NCBI GenBank assembly: GCA_964106915.2
Contig: OZ066924.1
Strand: one strand, 5' to 3'
Origin: Podarcis gaigeae
Taxonomy: Eukaryota
DNA: 64,000 nt
Shown here: positions 13,701 to 26,086 of the stretch, piece after piece
Numbering within the stretch: position 1 is the stretch's first letter
Layout of the letters: each line of letters starts with the position of its first letter
Notes under the pieces: generated by a model
Database searches by the model: none
What the model was told of the DNA's origin: nothing
The model's input: only the letters and a program-made list of their open reading frames with translations
Translations under genes and position numbers: made by a program

Positions 13701-16700
13701 TGCCCAACATTGTGTGAGTCTACTGTCAGCCTCCATTGATTGAAAAATGTTGTTTCCCTACCAGAAAGGCATTTAAAAAATGTTATGAAATGATCATATT
13801 AAGGTATAATTAATAATCCTTTCAGTTTCAGTTAACAATTGTGATTCCATATGGAGTTAACATTAGTTTGATAGCTATACAGTGGTACCTCTGGTTACGA
13901 ACTTAATTTGTTCCAGAGGTCCGTTCTTAACCTTAAACTGTTCTTAATCTGAGTTACCACTTTATCTAATGGGGTCTGCCACGGCTGGCACACAATTTCT
14001 GTTCTCGTCCTGAGATAAAGTTCTTAACCCGAGGTACTACTTCCGGGTTAGTGGAGTCTGTAATCCGAAGTGTTTGTAACCCGAGGTATTTGTAACCTGA
14101 AGTACCACTATAATTGGTGCAGGACTATTTTCATCTGGTATTCTAATAATAGTGTAAGGATTTCTAACGCAGAATCTGTGGCTACCAGGTTGGTGGCCCT
14201 CGTGTTTTTCAAGAAAAAGAGGTCATTTGTTAGTTGATTGCCCTTTCTAATCTGTTTGTTGTGATTTCTTGTAGAGAAGTGTCCAACTGTGCAGGAGAAT
14301 TGACTGGATACGATAGAAGTACTGAAAAGCTAAAAGATTTAAATGTAGAAGGGAAAAGTATTATAAAAGAGAACTGCAAAGACTTAACCAATCAGCATGT
14401 TTTGCCTCTAGTCGGTGAATGGGAATTTGAACGTGATGATGACGAATACGTTAAGTTTTTAGATCTCTTTTTAACATACATGCTTGAAAGAGATCTGATC
14501 AATCATAAAGACTCTATGATTCCTTTTCTGAGGAGCTTTTCCACACTCCTTAGGGAACATGAACTCAACTCTTTCCTTTTTGATGTTCATACAACACTGA
14601 AACGTCGACAGATCAGAAATAAAGGCCAACAAGTTTTTAGGGCTGGTTCTTGCTACACTCCTGTTTTTGATCCCAGTGCTGCTAATCTGGATCCTTTGTG
14701 TGATGATAAGAAAAAGGTTTCTAATAAACCAGCTGTGCTGGAGACTTCTGTTGGTGACTCAGTGATGAGACTCACTTCAAGAAGAGGATTATTTGGTCTA
14801 AGCCAGCAATCAATTTATGGTGCACGAGATTCCTGTAAAGAAAAAACTCTTGCGCCTGTATTCACTCAGCGTTTGTCTGAACAAACTTCTTCCCCCCAAA
14901 CAGCTCCTGTTCATAGATATATCTACAAAGCAGTTCAGGTAACCAATATTCTACAAAGAACAGAACCAACTCCAGACATGAACTTTAAATTTAACAACGT
15001 AGCTCGCTTGCTTGAATGGATGATCAGATGGTCGGATAGAAGACTGCTTTATGATCCCATCTCCACAGAGCCATTTCAGAAATGCCAGCCAATGATGCAT
15101 GTAAAAACATCTGCATCTGCCATACTTACATCGTTGTGGCTTTTAGAGCAAAATTTCTCCAGTGAATCACAAAATCAAAATATCCATCTTTGGGTAAGTA
15201 AGAGAAATTAAACCCACCAGGTTTGGTTGCTAGCTAATATGTATCAATGTACAAATAAAATCTGGATACAGAAAGACCACAAATTTAGAGTGGACATTTC
15301 CTAGCTCCAAATACTTGCCTTGGGAATATTTGCACTCTTTATCTTATTTTAAATGTAACTCCCAAATGTAAGAATCTCCCAAATGTAAGAATCTCATTAA
15401 TAATATCCATTGTGAGCAACAATGTATACAGTCACTCAGACATCTCCCCAACTTTTTGTATGTATTAAGGAGGAAAAACACTTTCTAAGCTGTAGTGTAG
15501 TTGGGGGGCTTTAATTTATTATTTGTTCCACACTGTGCCATATTTAGGCTGCAAACCTATTCACACTTTCTTGGGAGTAAACAACACTGAACTCAGTTGG
15601 ACTCATTTCTGTGTTGGGGTGGGGGATGAATTTAGAAAATGTGACTCATGAAGCAGACTCATCAGACTTGCATTTCCTGGACTGATGTACGAATCGGACA
15701 TGGGTCATTTTCAGAATCCACACTCCTACCAGATCCCACAATGAGCTGACTTCTAATTGTCCAGTCGGCAACCACTTGGAGCAACTAGTGCACACTGTTC
15801 TTGCAATGTGTTGGAAATATGGATACAATTCCCCACCCCCCAGGAATGGTAGAAAATTATGATGTGCTAAACTGTCTGTACAATGTTCTTGTATGTTCCC
15901 AGTTGCATGTATTAAGCCCTGTTCCATCTTGAGAGAGTAGCACAAGGCAACACATGCTGACTGAACATCAGAAAGAACTTTCTGACAGTAAGAGCTGTTA
16001 GAAAGTGGAATAGGACCCCCCTCGGAAGGTGATGGAGTCTCCTTCCTTGGATGTTTTGAAGCAGAGGTTGTGTGGCCGTCTCTCATGGATGCTGTAGTTG
16101 AGATTCCTGCACTGCAGGAGGTTGGATTAGATTATCTTTGGGGTACCTGCCAAATCTATTAATCCAACAATTCTAGGATTCTAGAATTGTTTATAAAAAA
16201 GAAAAGTGGAGTCGCCAACAGGGATGAGGAACATGAAAATACTATAATGTTCAGCTGTATCTTTAGGAGACAATGTGGATAATCACATATTTCATGAGAG
16301 ACGTATTTTAGGTGAATGCACTGTAGATAGGTCTGCCTCAGTGTTGAAATATAATTCAAAATACTTATAGCAAATGCTGTCATACTTTCTTTGTTGTTGA
16401 TTGCATAACATGCTTTTATGCTGGCTGAGTGTTTAGAATGTGAAGTAACTGCCTATAGTTCCGTTGCTAGGCGATCACAGACATTCCATAAACATACAAG
16501 TTCTTTCTGTGATGCACTTTGACTGCCTTGAAGACCTGAGTGAGAAATACTAGGGCTATGGTATTTATGTAATTAAAGTTTTGACATGTAATATTTCTAA
16601 TGTATCTAAATACCATGAACAATTTGGCCATTGAACTCATTGCTTTGCATTTAATTTGAGAAGTTTAATAATAACTAAGTAGAGCAAAGCCTTGTATAAA

Positions 16701-19700
16701 GAACAATTTTGATACGCTTAACATGCTTGCAGGAACAAATTTGGTATGGGAGGGACATCAACTTCAAACTCTATCTAGATCTAGTAGCATATAGCAAGTT
16801 GTACTCCACTGTTAATGCCACAGAGGGGAATCTATATCAGAAGTCCACATCCAGTTCTGTGGATCCAAATTGGTTGCATGCTCACCATTCTCCTTAGGCA
16901 GGCAGATCTTCCTTGCTAGATAAAGGCATTAATATATAGAGAGAGATTGTGGGGCATTGCTGGTGATGAAACATTATTGCTAGTCATGTATTTACATAGA
17001 AATTATATGTGTGTTCTGTTTTGTTTTATGTTTAGAAACGACACAAACAGTATGCAAGTACTTCAGCTATTAGAACCAAACTAGAGAAAGACATCAGTGT
17101 GGATACAGGCTATTCTCCATCAGTTGGGACTCCAGTTGGTATCCAAGATGGACATGCCTTTGGCGAACCCTTTGAAAGTCTTTCAGGGTAATAATTGTTC
17201 AGTCTCATGTAAGAGCTTAGAATGTCAGGAGCTGGAGCATGATGCTAAGAAAGGCTGTCTACAGTCTGAAGTCTTCAGTTCTTGCATTTTTTCCCCATGT
17301 ATAGGACCTTACATGAAAAGCAGTCTGAGAAGAAAGAAATTAATTTCAAGGATCATCCTTTGACACGTGGTGTGGAGATTGAAGAAAGAAATCCTGTCAA
17401 ACTTCTGACAGAAGAAATAGGGGGAAACATATCAAATGAAGATGTGACATCTGAAAATGAAGGTTAGTTAAATTTAAATTAATTAAAATAATTCTTTCTT
17501 TTTAACGCAGGTGGCGCTGTGGTCTAAACCACTGAGCCTTCTTGGACTTGCCGATCGAAAGGTCGGCGGTTCAAATCCCCACAACGGGGTGAGCTCTGTT
17601 GCTCTGTCCCAGCTCCTGCCAACCTAGCAGTTCAAAAGCATGTCAAAGTGCAAGTAGATAAATAGGTACTGCTCCAGCGGGAAGGTAAACGGCGTTTCCG
17701 TGCACTGCTCTGGTTTTGCCAGAAGCGGCTTAGTCATACTGGCCACATGATCCGGAAAAACTGTCTGTGAACAAACATTGGCTCCCTCGGCCAGTAAAGC
17801 GAGATGAGCGCCGCAACCCCAGAGTCATTCGCAACTGAACTGTCAGGGGTCCTTTACCTTTTAATTCTACAGATATCCACATACATAATATTACGTTGCT
17901 ATTTTACACAAATTTTAATACAATACCTTCCTGTAACAAAGACCTATATATCTGCTTAAACTAGTAAAACTGCTAGAATAACACAAAAGCCTGCTGATTC
18001 TCCAGAATTCATACTCTAATATTCAGCCTCTAGCTATGCTTTTTATCTATAGTTAAAGCCTAAGCCAGTTGCTTACAAATAGTGGCTCTCACAGCACTTT
18101 CAGGTGGTCCCTGCAACCATTATGAAAATATAAAACGTGGCTGAGAGCAATTGGAGGCACATATTGTTCGTATGTCAGTTAAAAGGAAGTGGAATGATGG
18201 AAAATAAAGGGCAGAGGAAGCCCTTGGCAGTTTCTAGTAAATGGTAGTGGGGGGTTAGTGTCTTTTTCAGAACGATATGCCCCTGCTCGCAGTATATCAC
18301 TGTACAGTAGGTTTGAGGGGAAGGCTTGGGAGAGCTGGAAGGAAAATAGGAAGTGATCTTTATTCTTCCCCACTCCTGAAACACCCTATCCCACAAGCAG
18401 CCAGAACAGTACTACCAGGTTCCTGCTCCAGGCCTAAGAAGAGTACTCTTCTTAGGATATTTTGTAGGAGATCCCACTGGCCTTGAAATATACACACTTT
18501 TAAGGGATAATCAGTTGATAATCTGCATGGAGCAGGGGTGTTTACAGCTGGGAAGGGATGGCAATAGACTGGATTGTTCCCATAGTGATTTAGTTTCTCT
18601 TTATGTGCCTTTTATTTTAAAGAGCATGAAGATCCGTTTGCAGTTTCAAAGAGCCCTACCATTTCTGTCAGCATTAAATCGGTACAACAAAAGAAAGAGG
18701 CAAGTTACCACAGCAATGAGTAAAATATATTCACTTGAACGTGCACATTCTCTTATGGTTGCCAGAGGTCTCTATGCAGGTTGCATTGCATGCCCTAAAG
18801 CTTGCAAACAAATAATACCTAAACTTCAAAGGCTTTGCTCTTTTCTGCCTGTTGAGGCTCAGTCTGTTTCCTGTGTCAGCTCAGAGCACATCCTCCTTGG
18901 GATCTTCACCTTACCTTCTGTTTTCTCTCTCTCTCTGGATATTTTCCATTTAACCGTATAAAACCAAAAAGCTCATTTTTTACTTCAGCAGCTCCTCCTT
19001 TTCCCACTCCACCCCCACCATCTTTTTCTGCTCCTTCTGGGTCTTGAAGCAGGTCTTAAGAATTTCCCCACCACTAGTAACAAAGAAAACTAGACACATT
19101 TCTAGTGCTGGGCACTCATCAGCGGAAGCCGTAAGGATACAAGCAGTTACCATTGGACTGTATAGATTTAAATAAGATATTTCTGTAAGGCAATTACATG
19201 CTGACATGCTCAAATGCACTTAAAAGCCTTTTTTTTAATTACAGCAGCCGTCTGTATCAGATGTTGAATATCCACAAGAAGATCCATTGACGGAAACATT
19301 GGAGGAAAAATTTACCAAGCTGGATAAGTGAGAGAAATTATATCCTTAGTTTAAAATAAAATAAAATTGTGCTTTAACTATTTTCTAGTTTAAGGGAAGT
19401 TTAGATACCTGACATTAAATTTGTCATCAAAGAAAGAATGTACTACTTAAAAGTGCAGTTTAGTTTTATCAGACTCCTGCAGATTTACATGAATCTAAAC
19501 TTGATTTTTTGAAAAAACAACCTAGCACAAAAATTATTGGAAGGGTGCTCAAAAGCCTTTTTGCTTTGGTATCTTGGCCATTGGTCACTTCCTTGTTTGC
19601 AACGGCTCCAGTCCAAAAAAATCCAGTTAATTTGTACAAAGAACTGTATCTCGTGGAGATTCCCTTCCCTCCTCTTCCCCTTCCTCTGATTTTATTAGAA

Positions 19701-22700
19701 CTTTCAGTAATTCTATTTCCTAGGACACCATATTATGTCACTTTTCTTCAGATGTTGCGGTGAAAGTTGCAGTCCTTCTGTTTGTGCAAGGACTTCCACT
19801 CTGCCAACAGAACTTCCTCTCCCTGTGTCTCTCCCAAAATTGTTTTCAGAGCTTTGGCAGTGGAGTGGGTGGCAACCTAGAAGAGAATTAGGGAGGTCAC
19901 AGAGGAAAAGATGGAGGAGAAATTCAGTTGCACTAGTCTGAACAGATCTACTTCATTTGATCCAACAAAGCAGGCCAGCTTTTATGAGCCTGTGACATAA
20001 TACAGACATTCCACTCCCACTTGAATATGTGGGGCCAGCAAGCACCCTCTGAATTGGCTGATTCTGTTTTAAGTAGGATCAAAGGAATAAAGAAGTATAA
20101 CTTCTCTTAAAATAATTGACATGCATTCAAATCAAGATACCTAACATGATGAAAAAATCCTGATATATTTTCTCTCTCTACAGTATTTACCATACAAAAT
20201 GTGAGACAACTCCCAGTAACACTCCATGCTCATTTTGCCCTGAAATGAAGTCAGAAACTACTAGGTAAAAGAAACTAAGAAGCTCTTTTTAAATATTAAG
20301 CATAAGGTCATCTGTCACAAGTTGAAGTTATAATTAAAGATATGTTGACTGCTTCATACGTTTTGCAACCCATTGTCTGGTACTGCATACAGGTAGTGGC
20401 TGAGCAATTCAATTTCCTTTTGAGCCTGGATTCATAAGGGTTCAATCAGATAACCTGCTTTTCAATGTCAGTGGCACTCAAGGCAGGGGATTGAGTCTCC
20501 CAGGCCACACATTCTAAACAGGCATTATCTGCTTGATTTTAGGTTGGTAGATGTTTAAGGAACTGCTAGGTATTCTAGGAGGTACTACCAGTACTAAATT
20601 CCAAATTGAACTCCATTTCCTTGTGTCAATACTCATTTAACATCTCATGTCTTATCAGCATTAAGGATCAAGTATCTTAAGTACAGCCTACTTTTTCTGT
20701 CTTTTTCACAGTGGTTGATTAAAGTAGCAATTTTGTAGATAATATGCTTTAAAGAAAAAACTATTAGCCATTTTGAGCCCATAAAAGACAGCATGGTATG
20801 ACATATTGATTGCATATTTATAAGCACATTTCTAATTGTTAATGAGAAAAATCACTAAAAATATTTCCTTGTCTACTGTGTTAAGTATGCAAATGACAAG
20901 CTGTCAGACAAAACAAAACTCTTAGTCACATCTTTATATTCCTCTAAATGGCCAAAGTTACTGTCTCCAGCAGTAGAAAGATTGGGGGGCAAACACTATA
21001 TCAGATTAGGAGTATTTATGTGAAGTGATCAGAATCTAGGTATTTTACAAGTTAGTTTGTCTCAGGTATATTTCCCCTCTGCTTCTGCAGTGTACAGCTT
21101 GCGGTCTCAGATGAACGGGCTTCTTTCACTGCAGTGTCAAATGTTCCTCCAAGTAGTCCTCTTGTTCCAAAGAACGAAGAAGTTAACACTACTTTACCGA
21201 CGGAACAACCACCGAACGTTTCAGATGCTGTTAGGCAAATGCTGCAAGATGAAATGTTTAAATTGGTTCAGGTAAAAAATATTCATTATGAAAAAGTGCT
21301 CCAGATCCTGCTAGAATTCTTCTGGGGGACATGTCTGAAACACTTATAGCAAAAGAAGCTCCTTGTTTGTTTGTGTACATTTCACTAATTCATCATGTTG
21401 TTCCTCAAAGGGGGTTACATATGGTACTCGGGCAGCTTCTGGGGCAGACACAGATGGGGGTTCAAATACTCGCCTCCCCACATATTTGTTTGATGCAGGG
21501 AGGGAGACTGTGGCTACTGTCCTTGCAATACTTGCCTGTGCTTTGTGCATTTGCATGAATCCTATGGGATCAGGGTTCCCTGTAGGCACTTTCAGCTTTA
21601 TGCACATAGGAACTTCTTTCCAGTGCTCTGCTGAATGTTAAGAGGTTGGGTTAGAGCTGGCGGCAGCCCACTTGGGAGTGGGGCGAATGGGTACACTCCA
21701 CACTTTAAGTACAGTCAGACCTCGGCTCCTGAGGTTTTGGAACGTTTCGGCTCCCGAATGCCAAAAGCCCGGATGTAAATGCTCTGGTTTTCAAACGTTT
21801 TTCAGAAGTCGAACATCCGACGGGGCTTCCGCTTGAGTGCAAGAAGCTCTTGCAACCAATTGGAAGTGGCGCCTCAGTTGTTGAATGTTTTGGAAGCCGA
21901 ACGGGCATCCGGAACGGATTATGTTTGACAACTGAGGTTTAACTATGCACATGAAGGAGGCGTTTTTGAGCAGTGTGGGAGTCTGATGTGACTTGAGATG
22001 ATCTGTTGAGCAAGACTGTACTGTTTCATTTATTCATATATTGGTAAAATTCTGCATCTACAATAAATTACTTGCAATAATTGCACAGGACAAAACTGTG
22101 CTTGTGAAATATGATGTTCCTGAGCAGAATGCTTGGTATTATTCAGCTGGTATTATTTCACTAAAATATAGAGACTTTTGCCTTCCTAGATAACTGCACT
22201 TTGCTGAGTCAGTGCAATAGAATAAGAATATTTTGAAGTCGTGGGTTTTTTTAGTCATGATTTTGGTTTATATTCTAGCTGCAGCAGATCAACTTTATGA
22301 GTCTCATGCAAGTAGTAGGATCATCATTTGCCAACTTGCCAAATATGCCACAGCAGATGCAGCAATCACAGTCCTTTCAGTTGGGAAGAAACCAGGCTTC
22401 AAACACTGGCAGCACTGATGTCAATAGGACTCCTCCAAAACTTGTAACGTATGACTTGCCAGTAAAAGAGATGACAACTCTAGAAAACAGTAGTGATGTC
22501 ACTAAGAAAAACACCAGTTCTCAGGAGAAAAACAGCTTGCATTATCAAAGTCATAATGGAGATACTTCAGTAAGTAGAGAGTTGCCCTTTTAAATGTAAA
22601 GTTATAATTCATTTAGGGTCTTCATCTACTACATTAAGCCAATGTCTCTTCACCTTGTGACAGTATATTTTTCTCTCATTTAGAATCCACTGCACATCAG

Positions 22701-25700
22701 TGATTCTTCAAGCTTACCAGAGGGTCAGACCAATGGAACAAGCCAGATTCCACCATTTCAAAACTTGCTTCATCAGGTTCCAGCCAGACCATTACCTTTA
22801 TTATCAGTTTCCCTAAATGCTGAGAAGATACCTAAGCTTATTCCAGTTTCAAAACCCGTAAATAATGCAACTGGGCTTCCTTTGCTTAAACTTAAACCTG
22901 ACTTTCAGTTCCAGCCACTCAATATCTGCCCAGTAAAAACCCCAAAAGTTTTCAATGGACCATTCCCAAAACAAAGAGAAGCCTGGGGTGTACCTCCTCC
23001 TCTGGTGAAGAGTCCTCAAGGTGTACAGATGCCAGAGTACAAAGGAACAACAGAACACATAAATTTGAACAACTATGATCAGGCAGGCCGTTGGTCAGAA
23101 ACTGTAAATAAGGGTCATTCCAATCATGTTAATTTGGATGAATATGAGAAAAAAGAAAATATGGCGCCTTCTCAACACCTTCATGCACATCTAAAGGCAG
23201 AGAAGCCACTGGTTGACAATGGGATTCCCTTGCATAAAACTTACCAAAATTTTGCACCGATTCCTTTGCTTTATCTGAAGCCCTACTCACAATACAAGCA
23301 TCCATCCACTATGCCGCCTGCTAAGCTTTCGGAAAAGAACTTTGATTCCATAGACCCCTTTTCGCAGACAGGAATGCCATTGCTTTACACTAATTTACCT
23401 CCGCTCACCAAGGTAATTGATTCTATATAAGCATGCATAAAGATATCTTTTGAAAGTTTTTCTGTTTCGGTCACATGATTTGGTTATATCCATTCTGAAA
23501 TTTGCTTCAGATGTTTTATATTTTTTGTTGTTTTTCGATGTTATGCTTTTTATTTTCATTTGTATTTTTATTACTGAACTGTTTGCTGCTGGGCATCCTT
23601 TGGAGGATATCAACTTAAGAAATAACAAATATTTTAATTAAATAATTTAACCTTTCCTTTAAAACAGGGATGGGGAATTGGTGGCCCTCTAGATGTCGCT
23701 GACTTTGACTCCCATTATCCTTGAGCAATGACCATGTTGGCTGTGACTGATGGGAGCTGGAATCCAGCAACATCTGGAGGGGCACAGAGTCTCCATCTCT
23801 GCTTTAAAAGAATTAAGTATGCATAAGAATTAAGTATGTCTTAATAAACATTCCTCCTTCCTTTGATCGTTGTTTTCATTTACATTAGTGGAATTTGAAT
23901 GTCTTTCAGTATTATCAGAGTCTGACCTCTTTTGCTTTTCAAAGTCATCATCCAATTTGGGAAAAATACATTATTCACATAATTATCAAATTCTGCTTTC
24001 TTTCCTAAACAGTTTCAAACGCCAAAACTCATCCCACTTCAGAATCTCATTGCATTTGAGCAAAGCCGCCAGGTTGTCCAAGTCCCCCACATTGGGGTTA
24101 AAGACCATCCTGAAAAGATTCAGTTATTAAAAGCTAACTTTAAACCGCGTGAAGTGAGACAAGATATGAATAATAAAAAAAGGTAAGAACAAATAGTACT
24201 GATCATAACAATCTATCTAAATGTGATCATATCAGTTTTGGTGAACTTAACGTAAAAAAAAGGCAGTGACTATGGGCTGATAATAAATTACAAAACAAAT
24301 ATAATTTATCCCTTCTAGTTGTAGTGGTTCAGAAACGGGTTTCTTCTGCAAAATCAGAGGCAAGACAGCAAGCTTTAGTCTGGATTAGGATCCACAGAAA
24401 CTTCATAAACTCTGGTTTGCTGTCTCTTGTTCCTTTTAGCCCACCAAGCTTAAGCATCAGTCTTGTTTCTCTTTTGTTATTTTACATGTTTTGTTTTAAA
24501 GAAGGAGGCTTCAGCCCCACAAGTTCCCTGCTTCTTAAAAGTGTGGGAATTGTCTCTGATCCCTAATGAGCCTGGAGAGGAACTACTCACAGTAATTCTC
24601 CTATCAAATATTGAAACATCCACAGGAAAAAGTCAGCGCTCTCCGGCAACAGCAATGCGGCTTCACTCCGTGAAAGAAGCAGTCAATTCAAAGCACCGCG
24701 CCACTCACCCCACGTCGCTCCGGATCCCCAAAACAGGGTTTCCCCGCGAGTAGGGGAGGCGCAAGAGGTGCCAGCCGAATCCCAAGTTCACAGGCTTCTC
24801 CCGCCTGTGATTTCTATGGGTCTCCGCCTTTGCCGTGGCAGTCAGACCCTGCTTTTCACGGAGCAAGTTCCTCCCGATCGGAGGAGCTCCGCGATTGACG
24901 GAGGCGCCAACCCGGAAGTCCCATGCAAAACACCACAGGGAGACGCAGGCAGGGTCTTGTGGTCCAGTTTCATGGTCATTTGAGTGTGTATAACTTGCCC
25001 ATTTTTGTTTGCTTCTTTTAAACATGCTCCTGAGACACAAAATTTATTATTTGTATCTCTGTTGTACTGTAGTATTAAGTGGTAAAAGTAAATAAAACAG
25101 CCACTTCCCAGCTGCCTGCTGCTGTTTTCAGATGAGTCCATCTCAGGGAACACCTGGACATATTAAGAGGCTTACCAGATGGTATTTGTATTTTCTGCGT
25201 GTCCTTTGACACTAGTGCCATCCCTAGGTTGCTCAGTTGATGGACTTTGCTATTTGCCTAAATACAAAGAGAGAATTATCAGAATGTTGTTAAAATGCTA
25301 ATGTAATAATAGGCAGAGGAGGCGTGTCAAGAAACAGATCAAAGAGAAGCAAGAAAGGAAGAAAGCAACTGTGACTTTTCAACAAGATGGCTCCGTTGTT
25401 TCAGCTGATATTGTAGAGCAAGCAAAGGTACAGTGATACAGCAATTCTGACTCATAATTATCTTGTTGACTGTCTTATTTGCTTTAATGAGCACTTCCCA
25501 GCTGTCGGTATTCAGCAACAGGGATTCAAGCACATAGTGGGAGATTTAGATTTGCACAATTGAAGTCTCTTTTGCCCTAGTGCAACAAATCCACTATAAA
25601 AAAAGAAACAGGCTTTTTGTGGTTAGGAAAGTAACGAGAAAATTCACTGAAACGTGTGGGATGAATGAATTACTAACTTGAAGACCCTGTGAGGAAATCA

Positions 25701-26034
25701 GGTTCAAAGCTTATTGTCATATAACCTCCCTGCTAACAAATCAGCACAAATGCTCAGTAAATAGGTCTGCCATGTCTGCATTTCTTTTCCTTAGGTTTCG
25801 GGTGACATTGTCCTGCCAATAACGGCTCTGGAGCAGACAAAGGGAGAACAAGAGATATGTGCAGCTAGTGAAAAGGTTAACAACAACAACAGCAACACAA
25901 AAAACATATTAAGTATAGTGTCTCATAGTGAGAAAAGAGCAGCTAAATTCTGAGCAGAAATGACACTGATGATAATAGGTCTGATCCTGGGCAGGGCAGA
26001 AAAGGAAGCAGGGGTAGCGCCTCCAGATCCAAGA

Positions 26035-26086
<52 letters not shown>

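Noticed and set aside
19752-19941. Possible extra CPLANE1 exon (CCGESCSPS..)
   Set aside because: Good acceptor, but no convincing phase-compatible donor; 19327->20184 already joins in frame.
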